From a virus (lineage: Duplodnaviria; Caudoviricetes): 46,280 bases of DNA. Made by a program: the position numbers and the translations under genes. How positions within the stretch are numbered: the first letter of the stretch is position 1; each line of letters starts with the position of its first letter. The notes under the pieces were generated by a model that saw nothing but the letters and a program-made list of their open reading frames with translations, searched no databases and was not told the origin of the DNA. The stretch is from positions 1-46,280 of the IMG/VR virus record IMGVR_UViG_3300037761_000203. One strand, written 5' to 3'. Positions 1 to 9,012 of this stretch are shown here, one piece after another.

Positions 1-1
1 G

Positions 2-451
2 CAGCACGGTAGTCCGAAGAAGAAGCCACAGGTCAACTGTTCGCGGTGTGGGCAGATCAGGACCGGCAAGCATCTGTCCTACTGCGCGACATGCTGGCGC
101 GGCGTCATAAGGCAGGAGCGACGCGCTAGGCCGTGCGTCACTTGCGGACAACTGCGTGAGTCGGGCGACAAGATCAGCGATAGCTACTGTGGTCCGTGTT
201 TCCCGGATCGTCGGCTGCGCCGCGAGCATGGGATTACCGCCGAACAGTACGAGGCGATGCTCGTGACGCAAGGGAACCAGTGCGCCATCTGCCAAGCAGA
301 CGCCAACGGCAGGCCGTGGCACGTCGACCACGATCACGGAACCGGGCGTGTGCGCGGAATCTTATGCGACAACTGCAATCGCGGCATGGGCCAACTCGGA
401 GACGATCCAGCACGGCTGCGCAGGGCGGCTGCATACATAGAGGAGAACTGA
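2..451 (+). CDS. Endonuclease VII-family (HNH-like) endonuclease with N-terminal CxxC zinc-finger motifs, 5'-partial
   Basis: The frame is open from the window edge (CSRC, CATC, CVTC, CGPC). It ends in the EndoVII signature CAIC...HVDHDH.TG.VRGILC..CN.G.G...DD...L..A..Y. Confidence 0.85.
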   Translation, partial: QHGSPKKKPQVNCSRCGQIRTGKHLSYCATCWRGVIRQERRARPCVTCGQLRESGDKISDSYCGPCFPDRRLRREHGITAEQYEAMLVTQGNQCAICQADANGRPWHVDHDHGTGRVRGILCDNCNRGMGQLGDDPARLRRAAAYIEEN

Positions 452-454
452 ACC

Positions 455-781
455 ATGCCAGATCAGCGAGCCATCACCCTGGGGAAGGTCGTCAGGGCGG
501 CCACCACAACCTCCCCGGCGTATCCGGCGCCAACAGCCGCGCCGGCTCTATCACCGACCTCCGGCGCCGCCGCTGGCGGGACGGCGGTGACCGTCACCGG
601 CACCAACCTGTCGGGTGTCGTGGCGGTGCTGTTCGACGACGTCGCGGGCACCGGGCTGAGCGTCACGAGTGACACCTCGGTCGTGGTGACAACCCCAGCT
701 CATGGTGCCGGGGCGGTGACGGTCACGATTGTCACCCCGGGTGGCGTCGTGAAGAAGACCACTGCGTTCACGTTCAGCTAG
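455..781 (+). CDS. IPT/TIG (Ig-like) domain protein, probable virion decoration
   Basis: SPTSG.AAGGT.VTVTGTNL...V.F...SDT.V.VTTPAH.AG.VTVT..TPGG pattern; GGAGAA RBS upstream. Confidence 0.8.
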   Translation: MPDQRAITLGKVVRAATTTSPAYPAPTAAPALSPTSGAAAGGTAVTVTGTNLSGVVAVLFDDVAGTGLSVTSDTSVVVTTPAHGAGAVTVTIVTPGGVVKKTTAFTFS

Positions 782-786
782 GAGTC

Positions 787-1038
787 GTGATGAGCAAGGA
801 ACCGACGCACGTCGTGCAGGCCCGTAACGAGCTGGCCAACGCGAAGGCGTACGGCCAGCTTGACCGGGTGCGGGCGGCGGAGAAGGTGTTGGCCGCGGCC
901 GGTGTCGCCCGGCGTGCGGCTGTCGAGGTGGAGGAGCCGGAGCCGGAGAAGGCGCGCCGTACCCCACCGCGGGGTCGGACCGCACCGGCGGCCCAGAAGT
1001 CGGTGACCACCGGCGGGGGTGTTCGCAGTGGCCGATGA
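787..1038 (+). CDS. Small head-module hypothetical protein
   Basis: AGGAG RBS; tightly packed with its neighbours in the operon. Confidence 0.6.
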   Translation: MMSKEPTHVVQARNELANAKAYGQLDRVRAAEKVLAAAGVARRAAVEVEEPEPEKARRTPPRGRTAPAAQKSVTTGGGVRSGR

Positions 1039-1156
1039 GCCGGTATCCCCGGAACCGGAGCCACCGGCTCAGGTGACCGCTCAGATCGACCTGTCGGTGG
1101 CCACCGGGCAGCCCATCCCGCAGCCGGACCCCGAGCCGGACCCCGAGGAGGAGTAG
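1028..1156 (+). CDS. 42-aa acidic Pro-rich peptide (MADEPVSPEPEPPAQVTAQIDLSVATG...)
   Basis: GTG..TAG ORF read by hand; it fills the gap between two operon genes. Confidence 0.5.
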   Translation: MADEPVSPEPEPPAQVTAQIDLSVATGQPIPQPDPEPDPEEE

Positions 1157-1161
1157 CCGAG

Positions 1162-1683
1162 ATGAAGACGCGTATCGCAGGGCTGGCCGCGCTGGCTCTC
1201 GCTCTGCTGCTGGTGGGTGGTGTCGCAGTCGCGTCCATCCCAGCCCCTGACGGCACCATCAACGGTTGCCGGCAGGACAGCACCGGCAACCTGAGGGCGA
1301 TCGACTCTGAAGAGACCTGCCCGTCTGGCTGGTCACCGCTCAACTGGCCATCTCAGGACCGTTACGCCCACTGGACTGACGGTTGGCGTGGCCGGCAGGC
1401 TGGGATAAACAGCATACCGGCCAACAGCACGGCAACGGTGACGGTCGATTGTTTCAGCGGTCCATTTGGTGATCCGAATGACGTGATGATCTACGCCGAG
1501 TACACGCTGTCAGATGACCCCGACCTGAAGATAACCAGGTGGTGGCCCAACCACAGCAGCGGCTTGGGACTGCTTTCCAACCAGTGGTCACTCAGCGTGA
1601 AGAACAACTCTGATGCGATCGTGACGGGGAGCACTCTGGCCCGCCTGGTCGGTTACTGCGTCGACGGCGACCCATTCCCCTAA
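1162..1683 (+). CDS. Exported or virion-surface protein with N-terminal signal peptide
   Basis: MKTR + hydrophobic stretch + AVA cleavage site, then a Cys-paired SIP..DG.I.GC...G.LR.ID...C motif; codon usage less GC-skewed than neighbours. Confidence 0.65.
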   Translation: MKTRIAGLAALALALLLVGGVAVASIPAPDGTINGCRQDSTGNLRAIDSEETCPSGWSPLNWPSQDRYAHWTDGWRGRQAGINSIPANSTATVTVDCFSGPFGDPNDVMIYAEYTLSDDPDLKITRWWPNHSSGLGLLSNQWSLSVKNNSDAIVTGSTLARLVGYCVDGDPFP

Positions 1684-1693
1684 GGAGTAAACC

Positions 1694-2029
1694 ATGTCCG
1701 ACCCGACACTGCGTAACGTGGCCGCCGACGCGGCCGCCGCCGACCTGGCAACCAATGCCTGGTACGCCATCGGAGATGGCCCACTGGCCGGTGACCAGGT
1801 GTCCAACGAGCGGCTGCAGCCTGCGTACAACACCGCGGCCGCCGGTGTGGCCGCGTTGACCGCCACGCTGAGTTTCACCGGCACCGGCTCGGCCGCGGTG
1901 AACAACCTGCTCGTGTTCGACGCACAGGCCGCCGGCAACTTGCGGTTCGCCATAGCAACGGCCGGTGACGGCACCTTCAATGCCGCAGGCGACTTGGATC
2001 TCACCGCCGCGCCGATCACCGTCACCTGA
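1694..2029 (+). CDS. Small beta-rich virion fibre/structural subunit
   Basis: AAGGAG RBS; R....Y..A..G.......F......V.....FDA..AGN pattern typical of small phage fibre proteins. Confidence 0.6.
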   Translation: MSDPTLRNVAADAAAADLATNAWYAIGDGPLAGDQVSNERLQPAYNTAAAGVAALTATLSFTGTGSAAVNNLLVFDAQAAGNLRFAIATAGDGTFNAAGDLDLTAAPITVT

Positions 2030-2039
2030 GGAGGATGAC

Positions 2040-2336
2040 ATGGCCGCTGGGTATGCAGCTCTGACGACGAAGGACCAGGTCAACCAGACCATCGGCCGGA
2101 TCGCGGTACAGCTTCGGGAGCTGTTCGACGACGTCGAGCAGTTCAACGCGTTCTTCCAGGCGCGGGGAGCGTCCGGGCTGGAGACGGAGTTTGGGTTCGC
2201 GACCGCCGATGCGAACCTGATCGGCACGGTGAACAACGACTTCGAGCAGCTACGGCAGATCTACCTGGGTGCCCAGGCGCTCGCGTCGGCGAAGGACTTC
2301 CGCGCATTCTCCGACGACGTCGAGGGTCTTCGGTAG
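2040..2336 (+). CDS. Helical virion-module hypothetical protein
   Basis: GAGGAGG RBS before ATG 2040. Confidence 0.65.
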   Translation: MAAGYAALTTKDQVNQTIGRIAVQLRELFDDVEQFNAFFQARGASGLETEFGFATADANLIGTVNNDFEQLRQIYLGAQALASAKDFRAFSDDVEGLR

Positions 2337-2346
2337 GGCCTGACCC

Positions 2347-5067
2347 GTGCCGACCGTCCGCCGGCTGGACGCCGACGACGACGTAGTCTTCGCCGCCGGG
2401 TTGGGCGGGCTCGACAGCTTCGCCTTCGGCACCATCGCGTTCTTTTTCCGGCCGCTGGCCGCCTACGACTCGACCAACCGGACGCTGCTGGCCGCCTACG
2501 ACTCGACCGGCGTCGCGGTCGGGAAGATCGGCCCCGGCACGAACAACAAGGTCTTGTGGTGGTCCGGCGGCTCGGGGGGCAGCGGGCCGACCTTCACCGC
2601 TGGTGACTGGCACCTGCTGGTAATCCGCAAGCCGGCCGGCACCGAGAAGGTCCGGTTCAGCATGCTCAACCTGGTCGGATGGACCCACGTTGTCACCGAT
2701 CTTGCGATCGGCGACTGGACGGCACCGACCGGCGGCACCTGGCACACGCTCGACCCGGTGTTCGGCTGGGGTCCAGGTTCCGACATCGCGGCCATGGCCG
2801 TCTGGGCCAACGAGCTGCCGTGGGCCGCCGACACGTTCGGCGACGCCGAGATCGAGGCCGCCGGGCTAGAAGACCACCTCGACAACTGGCGGGACGCGGC
2901 CCCGACCGCCGGGTGGGCGTTCTTCCAACCGCTGGCGATCCACAGCATCGAGGACTTCACGCTCGACCGGGCCGACGAGATCAGCACGGCCGTAGGTGTC
3001 CCGACCGACGCCACCGACCTCGATTTTCAATACGAGGACGCCGGCCCGCTCGCATTGAGCCGGAACTTCCTACGCACCACCCAGGATGAGCCCGGCGCCG
3101 GCGGTATCGTCCGGGACCTGTCCGAGACCCAGGGCACCCCGACCACCCTCGGCTCGGGCAGTACCAGCAGCGGCGGCTTCACGAAGATGCTCGAATGGGT
3201 GCGGACCGTGGGTGCCACGGTCGGCTCGGCCACGATCTCCACCCAGCTTCAGGTCACCGACGTGTCCGCGGCCACGCTCAGCTACAAGTGGCAGGTCCAC
3301 CGCTACAACTCCGCCGGGGTGCTTCAGGCCGACTCCGACTTCTCCGGCGAGCACAACACCACCGGCATCAAGGTCGCGACACTGACCCTGGGCACGACCT
3401 GGTCGGCCGGTGACTGGCTGGGGTACTCGCTGTGGCTGCGGAAGGCCGGCGGCGGGGGTTCCCGCAGCATCACCGTCGCCGTCAACGATGCCGACTCGTG
3501 GGCCGAGTTCGAGGTGGCCGAGGTCTCGCCGGCCATCGTCACCGCCTCGATCCCGCTGGCGCTGGCGGTGGCGCCGGCCGTGGCCGCCGACCACGCCGCC
3601 ACCGCCGACATACCGCTGACCGTGGCGGTTGACCCGACCGTGACGGCGCCGAGCGCGACCGGGCTGGTCTCCGGCGAGGTGTCGATCAACCCGGCCACCC
3701 TGTCATGCGGGGTCGGGGAGCGGCTGGTCTGCATCGCCTGGTCCCGCGGTGGTGGCACCAGCTTCGGGGTGACACCTAACGCGGGCGGGGCCAGCTGGAC
3801 CAACCGGGTGGTTGAGGCGACGCTGCCGACCAACGACCTGGCCCGCCGGTCGGTGGGCGTGGCCGAGCTGGTGCCCGCGTCCGAGGTGACCGCCGGCGTG
3901 TTCACCGCCGCCTGGTCGGGCGATGCCACCGACGCAATCTGGCTGCGCGTCCAGGAAGGCGGCGCGTTCGGCTTCGCCGCCGCGGCGGTGGCCGACTCCG
4001 ACACCGCGTTCGTCACCAGCCTGGCCACCGGTGACACCGCCTCGATCCCGGCCGGGGACCTGCTGCTGGTCGCCGCCGCGGTGATCCGAGACGGCGGCGC
4101 GGCCGGCACCACCTGGGCCAACACGGACATCAACCCGGGCCTGGTCGGCGGCGGGAACCTGTCACTCGACGCCTACGCCGGGAAGGGCGCCGGCGGCAAC
4201 GGCGGCGTCGCCGGCTACCGGATCCTCGACAGCCAGGGCGCCGGGGGCCGCGCGGACACGCTGACCCTGCCCGGTGGTGACGCGGCCAAGCAGATCAGCG
4301 TGGCGCTGGTGGTGTGGTCCACCGGCGTGACCACCACCCCCCAGGTCACCGCCTCAATCCCCCTGACGGTGACGGTTGCCGGCACCACCACGGCCGAGCA
4401 CCAGGTGACCGCCGAGCTCGAGCTCGGGGTGGCGCTGGCCGGGACCGTTGCCGCGGAGCATCAGGCAACCGCCGGGGTGGACCTGACGGTCACACTGGCC
4501 GGCACCGCCGACACCGGCCACACCGTCACCGCCGCGGTGCCGCTGGCGCTCAGCGTGGCGCCGGTGGTCGACGCCCCGGAGGTGGGCGCCCCGGCCGAGG
4601 TGACCGCCAACATCCCCCTCACGGTGACCGTGGCCGGCACAGCCCAGGCCACCCACCAGGCCATCACCGCTGTGCCGCTGGCCGTGGCCATCGCCGGCAC
4701 CGTTCAGGCCGAGCACCAGGCCACCACCACGGTCCCGCTGGCCCTGACCATCGCCCCGGTGGTCGACGCGCCCGTGCCCGGCGCACCCAACCAGGTGACC
4801 ACGAGCATCCCCCTCGGGCTGGCCCTGACCGGCACCACCGCCACTGGCTACCAGGCCACCGCCGGCATCCCGCTCACGCTGACGATCACCCCGACCGGGC
4901 ACAACGACCGCGCCGTCACCGCCGGGATAGCACTTGGCCTGGCGCTGTCGGGTGTGGTCGCCGCGTTCGACCCGAACCGGCCCGGCCACTCGTCACCGGT
5001 CCCGCCGCGGCGGGCGACCGCCACCCTGATCTGGCCACGGGTCCCGACCTCAGGAGGTGTCACATGA
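2347..5067 (+). CDS. 906-aa multidomain virion fibre/adhesin-like protein (LamG/ConA-like N-terminus, C-terminal beta repeats)
   Basis: Long ORF with high GC3; GDWHLLVI...I..MAVW LamG-like features; repeated VTAxIPLxxxVAGT units. Confidence 0.7.
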   Translation: MPTVRRLDADDDVVFAAGLGGLDSFAFGTIAFFFRPLAAYDSTNRTLLAAYDSTGVAVGKIGPGTNNKVLWWSGGSGGSGPTFTAGDWHLLVIRKPAGTEKVRFSMLNLVGWTHVVTDLAIGDWTAPTGGTWHTLDPVFGWGPGSDIAAMAVWANELPWAADTFGDAEIEAAGLEDHLDNWRDAAPTAGWAFFQPLAIHSIEDFTLDRADEISTAVGVPTDATDLDFQYEDAGPLALSRNFLRTTQDEPGAGGIVRDLSETQGTPTTLGSGSTSSGGFTKMLEWVRTVGATVGSATISTQLQVTDVSAATLSYKWQVHRYNSAGVLQADSDFSGEHNTTGIKVATLTLGTTWSAGDWLGYSLWLRKAGGGGSRSITVAVNDADSWAEFEVAEVSPAIVTASIPLALAVAPAVAADHAATADIPLTVAVDPTVTAPSATGLVSGEVSINPATLSCGVGERLVCIAWSRGGGTSFGVTPNAGGASWTNRVVEATLPTNDLARRSVGVAELVPASEVTAGVFTAAWSGDATDAIWLRVQEGGAFGFAAAAVADSDTAFVTSLATGDTASIPAGDLLLVAAAVIRDGGAAGTTWANTDINPGLVGGGNLSLDAYAGKGAGGNGGVAGYRILDSQGAGGRADTLTLPGGDAAKQISVALVVWSTGVTTTPQVTASIPLTVTVAGTTTAEHQVTAELELGVALAGTVAAEHQATAGVDLTVTLAGTADTGHTVTAAVPLALSVAPVVDAPEVGAPAEVTANIPLTVTVAGTAQATHQAITAVPLAVAIAGTVQAEHQATTTVPLALTIAPVVDAPVPGAPNQVTTSIPLGLALTGTTATGYQATAGIPLTLTITPTGHNDRAVTAGIALGLALSGVVAAFDPNRPGHSSPVPPRRATATLIWPRVPTSGGVT
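4340..4965 (+). repeat. About ten degenerate ~20-aa coding repeats (VTASIPLTVTVAGTxxAxHQ)
   Basis: Visible in the translation; two further units lie near 3535-3650. Confidence 0.85.
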
Positions 5068-5909
5068 TTGACCTCGGTGACGTCTTCCAGGTGGCCCTCG
5101 CGATTCGAGATGATGACGGTGAGCTGACCGACCCGGCCACCGCCACGCTGACCATCACCCTGCCGGACGGCACCAGCGCCACCCCAGCGGTGCCGGCACC
5201 GGCTGAGACCGGCATCCTGCGGGTGGACTACCCGACTGTGCAGGCCGGGCTTCACCGCTGGCGGCTGGTCACCACCGGCCCGGTCACCGCCCACGCGGAC
5301 GTGTTCGACGTCCGCGACGCGACCCCGCCGCTGCTGTTCTCTCTCCAGGATGCCAAGGAGCATTTGAACATCGCCGCCACGATCACCACCCACGATGAGG
5401 AGGTGCGCCGCTTCCTGGAGGCGGTGACCGAGGTGGTCGAGCACAACCCGGAGTGGGGGGTGGGTCCGGTGGCGGTGCGCAGCTACACCGACCGGGTGCA
5501 CGACTACGCCACCCGGTCGCTGGTGCTGCGGCACCGGCCGGTGCTGGCCATCACCTCGGTGACCGCGGTCCTGGACGGCGGCACCGACTACGACCCGCTG
5601 GAGCTGGACGTGGACGAGCAGGCCGGGGTGGTCATCCGCAAGGGCGCCGCCGGATTGTGGTTCACCGGCGGCCCGTGGGATGTGGTCTACTCCGCCGGCC
5701 GGCGGCAGGTCTCGGCGGCGATCACCCACGCGGGCCGGATCATCCTGCAGCACCTGTGGGCCACCCAGCGGGGCCGGGAGTCCCGCCGGCCACCGTCGGC
5801 CAGCTCCGGCGACGGGGTCGATGTCCGGGCGGCGGGGTTGACGTTCTCGGTGCCGCGGCGGGCGATCGAGCTGCTGGGCGGCGAGGCACAGGCCGGCGGG
5901 TTCGCGTGA
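5064..5909 (+). CDS. Head-to-tail adaptor (gp6-like) with N-terminal Ig-like extension
   Basis: AGGAGG RBS and ATGA overlap; SL.DAK.HLNI...HD.E...FL.A.T..VE and LWATQRG motifs. Confidence 0.8.
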   Translation: MIDLGDVFQVALAIRDDDGELTDPATATLTITLPDGTSATPAVPAPAETGILRVDYPTVQAGLHRWRLVTTGPVTAHADVFDVRDATPPLLFSLQDAKEHLNIAATITTHDEEVRRFLEAVTEVVEHNPEWGVGPVAVRSYTDRVHDYATRSLVLRHRPVLAITSVTAVLDGGTDYDPLELDVDEQAGVVIRKGAAGLWFTGGPWDVVYSAGRRQVSAAITHAGRIILQHLWATQRGRESRRPPSASSGDGVDVRAAGLTFSVPRRAIELLGGEAQAGGFA

Positions 5910-6352
5910 GCACCATCCCGGCCGCGCTGGATGCGATGCTGGTCGCGTTCCGGGCGGCGCTACCCGGTGTGCAGGTGCTGGACGGGCCGGATGTGGCCGA
6001 CTGGGAGGACGAGCTGATCATCGTCGGCTGGTCCGAGCAGCTCCCGTCGGTGGCGGTGGACCTGGCCCGGCAGTCGGCGGGGGTGGATGACCGGGAGACC
6101 TACGACGTGGCCTGCCACATTTCGGTGGTCTCCGGTGACACCGTGCTGCGGCCGCCCCGGCTCCGCGCGTTCGAGCTGTTCGACCTGTTGGTGGCCGAGC
6201 TGCGGCGCGATCAGACCCTGGGTGGGGTGGTGATGCGCGCCCGGCCGAGCGTGGTGGACCTGGATCAGGTCCAGCTGGACGGCGAGGAGTCAGCCGGGGG
6301 TGCCTCGGTCGCCTTGACCTTCGTGGTCAACTGCGACGCGTTTGACCGGTGA
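5906..6352 (+). CDS. Tail terminator-like protein
   Basis: GTGA overlap; V.DGP...I.VGW and L..D.TLGG.V motifs; position in the module. Confidence 0.65.
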   Translation: MSTIPAALDAMLVAFRAALPGVQVLDGPDVADWEDELIIVGWSEQLPSVAVDLARQSAGVDDRETYDVACHISVVSGDTVLRPPRLRAFELFDLLVAELRRDQTLGGVVMRARPSVVDLDQVQLDGEESAGGASVALTFVVNCDAFDR

Positions 6353-6620
6353 ACGGGTCCAACGGGTAATCCGGTGTCCGCGCCGGATCCCGTACGTGAC
6401 CTTGCTCTTCCAGCCCGCGGATGCACTCGCGCAGCTTCGCCGGGTCGTCAAACTCGAACTGCGCGGACGAGAAGCGGCGTTTCCGGGTCATGTAGAGGTA
6501 GACCCGCCACAGGTCGCCGTGGCGCAGGATCTCCACCCGGTTGCCGGGCCGGGTGTGGACCCAGACGCCGGTGAGCTGGTCGCTGTCAGGAGCCGCGTGC
6601 GCGGCTTGGTTGGTCTCCAT
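6327..6620 (-). CDS. Reverse-oriented hypothetical protein inside the tail operon
   Basis: 97-aa ORF of globular composition filling a gap in the + strand operon; TAGCGT -10-like hexamer 7 nt before the ATG. Confidence 0.55.
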   Translation of the reverse strand: METNQAAHAAPDSDQLTGVWVHTRPGNRVEILRHGDLWRVYLYMTRKRRFSSAQFEFDDPAKLRECIRGLEEQGHVRDPARTPDYPLDPFTGQTRRS

Positions 6621-6672
6621 GCCGCGCACGCTACAACACGCCAGCAACCCGTACCAGGGGGTGAACGGCCCT

Positions 6673-7101
6673 ATGCCCGTGCGAGGCCGTGATGCGGTGC
6701 GGAAGCTGGTCCAGGATCTGGGGGCACTGCCGGAGACGTTGCGCAAGGAGCTGGCACCCGAGCTGCTCCGGGCCGGTCAGCCGGTGCTCGCGGACGCGCG
6801 CCGCCGCGCCGACTGGTCTAGCCGGATCCCGGGTGCGATGTGGCTGCGGATGTCCCGCTCCCGGAAGAACCCGGGTGTTCGGCTGGGGGTCTCCACCCGG
6901 ACGGCGCCGCATGCGCGGCTGTACGAGTTCGGCCAGGACCGGCGCGGCTTCCGGCATCCGGTCTTCGGCAACCGGGAGCTGTGGGTTCAGGAGCAGGTGC
7001 GGCCGTACCTGATCCCGGCGGTGAAGGCCGGCCGGGACGGGTTCCTGCAGGCTGCCGACCGGGCGGCTGCGACCGCGGCACGTCGCCGCGGCTGGCGATA
7101 G
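6673..7101 (+). CDS. HK97 gp10-like tail completion/neck protein
   Basis: APHA.LYEFG...FRHPVFGN...WV.....PYL.PA motif. Confidence 0.75.
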   Translation: MPVRGRDAVRKLVQDLGALPETLRKELAPELLRAGQPVLADARRRADWSSRIPGAMWLRMSRSRKNPGVRLGVSTRTAPHARLYEFGQDRRGFRHPVFGNRELWVQEQVRPYLIPAVKAGRDGFLQAADRAAATAARRRGWR

Positions 7102-7113
7102 AGAGGGCATGAC

Positions 7114-7434
7114 ATGGCGACTGTGGCAACCGAGCCGGTGCCGACCACCGGCCTGGACGCGACCGCGAACGCGGCGACCCCCACCACCGGGGACAAGGTG
7201 CGGCCGGACTCGATCATCCGGGCCATCAACGGCTCGGGCGGCGCGGTGACCATGACCATGGTCACCCCTCAGACGGTCGACGGCGACCTGGCGGTGGCCG
7301 ACCGGGATGTGGCCATACCCGCCGGCGAGCACCGGTTCATCCGGGCGACCGCCACCTACCGGAACCCGGCTGACGGGCTGGTGACCATCACCTGGTCGGC
7401 GACCGCATCGGTGACCTTCGAGGTGATCAGCTGA
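7114..7434 (+). CDS. Small virion structural protein
   Basis: RBS, beta-rich composition, position in the tail module. Confidence 0.65.
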   Translation: MATVATEPVPTTGLDATANAATPTTGDKVRPDSIIRAINGSGGAVTMTMVTPQTVDGDLAVADRDVAIPAGEHRFIRATATYRNPADGLVTITWSATASVTFEVIS

Positions 7435-7637
7435 TGGCGTGGATCTACCATCCGAAGCTGGACCGGACCGTCGAGGTGCCGGACAGCTCGGTGGTGGTGT
7501 GGGTGCATTCGGGCTGGCAGCCCACCGACCCGCCACCCCCGCCGCCGGTCCCAGAGCCGGAGCCCGAGCAGGTTGACCAGGCGCCGCGGCGCCGCAAGAG
7601 CAGGCCGGCCGCTGCCGGCGCCGACACGGAGGAGTGA
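7434..7637 (+). CDS. Small Pro-rich hypothetical protein
   Basis: TGATG translational coupling to the previous gene. Confidence 0.6.
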   Translation: MAWIYHPKLDRTVEVPDSSVVVWVHSGWQPTDPPPPPPVPEPEPEQVDQAPRRRKSRPAAAGADTEE

Positions 7638-7639
7638 GC

Positions 7640-8140
7640 ATGCCAGCAACCCAGATCGCCCAGGCGGTCCGCTACATCCACCCTGGGGTGACCGACTTCT
7701 ACTTTTTGACCGCCATCGCCAACGCGAACCTGCAGGCGACCCGGACCGAGCTGGACGCCGGCACGAACCTGCGGCGGGAGACGTTCGCCACCACCGGGTG
7801 GAACGTGCGCAGCAACATCGTGGACGCCCCGGACGCGGGCTCCGGGTTCACCGGAAAGGTCATTGGCCGGACGGCGGCCGAAGACTCGACCGCCACGTTC
7901 TACATGAACAAGACCGGTGCCGATCCGATCCGCGCTCTCCTGCCCCGGGGCACGGTCGGGTTCGTGGTGATCTGCTGGGGTGGTGACGTCGCCGCCAACC
8001 TGGCGGACACGTTCCCGGTCACGGTCGCTGGGGTGCCCAAGGAGGTTTCGCTGGCCGAGGAGAACCCGGCCCGGTTCATGGTCCAGTTCGCCATCACCCG
8101 CGAGCCGGCCATCGACTGGGTGCTCCCGGCGTTCGCCTGA
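7640..8140 (+). CDS. Major tail (tube) protein
   Basis: GGAGGAG RBS; T..EL.AG..L...TGW......D.PD.GS.F...I.GR actinophage tail-tube pattern; lies upstream of the chaperone and TMP. Confidence 0.8.
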   Translation: MPATQIAQAVRYIHPGVTDFYFLTAIANANLQATRTELDAGTNLRRETFATTGWNVRSNIVDAPDAGSGFTGKVIGRTAAEDSTATFYMNKTGADPIRALLPRGTVGFVVICWGGDVAANLADTFPVTVAGVPKEVSLAEENPARFMVQFAITREPAIDWVLPAFA

Positions 8141-8718
8141 TGACGGCCAAGCGGAAAGCGGCCGGGGCTGGTCGCAGCCAGCGGGAACGGCTGCTCGGCC
8201 GGCCCCGGCCGTCGCTGCCGTATCCGATCCTGGTGGCCGACATGGACGGGCCGCGGCAGGAGCTTGACAAGGTGCTGCGTACCGCTCGGCAGGCGATGAT
8301 CCGAGCGGACGAGGGCACCCCCGAGCACGCGGCGGCGGTGGCCAGCATTGAGGCAGCCCAGGCCGCGGTGGACGCCTGCTACGAGACCGTCACCCTGCGG
8401 GCGCTGCCGCCGGCCGGGTACGAGCAGCTGAAGGCGGACCATCCGCCGACCGCGGGGCAGGTTGCCGAGGCGGAGAAGCTGGGCATCCCGCCACCGGACG
8501 CCAACGTGGACACGCTCGTGCCGGAAGCGCTCGCCGCCGGTTGCGACAACGGCATGACCGTAGAGGACTGGGCCACCTTCCTGGCCGAGCACTGCGGCCA
8601 CGGGGAGCGCCAGGAGCTTCGGACGGTAGTGCTCGGGCTGAACGAGGCGACCAGGTTCGCGGAGTCGACGGTGCTCCCAAAAGGATCGACCGGGATCCGC
8701 AGCTCGCGCTGGAGCTGA
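8140..8718 (+). CDS. Tail assembly chaperone (G)
   Basis: Sits between tail tube and TMP; slippery site near its 3' end. Confidence 0.8.
   Translation: MTAKRKAAGAGRSQRERLLGRPRPSLPYPILVADMDGPRQELDKVLRTARQAMIRADEGTPEHAAAVASIEAAQAAVDACYETVTLRALPPAGYEQLKADHPPTAGQVAEAEKLGIPPPDANVDTLVPEALAAGCDNGMTVEDWATFLAEHCGHGERQELRTVVLGLNEATRFAESTVLPKGSTGIRSSRWS
8676..8682 (+). other. Programmed -1 ribosomal frameshift site C CCA AAA giving a G-T fusion (8140..9035)
   Basis: X XXY YYZ heptamer in the correct phase; the -1 frame reads PKRIDRDPQLALEL...PHSQFLGW...C.GCG to a stop at 9035. Confidence 0.85.
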
Positions 8719-9012
8719 GAGTCTGTCGGGCCTACCAGATCCCCCACAGCCAGTTCCTCGGCTGGTCCCACGATGACCGGTCCAAGGCGATCTGGGAGCT
8801 GGTGCGCTCGGCTCAGGCCTGCTCCGGCTGTGGCACCCGGCCGGAGGAGTGGGACCCGGCCCGGGGTGGGCATCCGCAGGCCCACCGGGCGGTGATCGAA
8901 CGCTGCCTGGGGTGTGAGCAGTTGGAATCGGTGCGTGCCACCGTCGCGTCGGCGCCGGAATCCGAGCGGCGGGGGCTGCACGTGAAGCTGATCCGCAACG
9001 AGGAGGTGCGCC

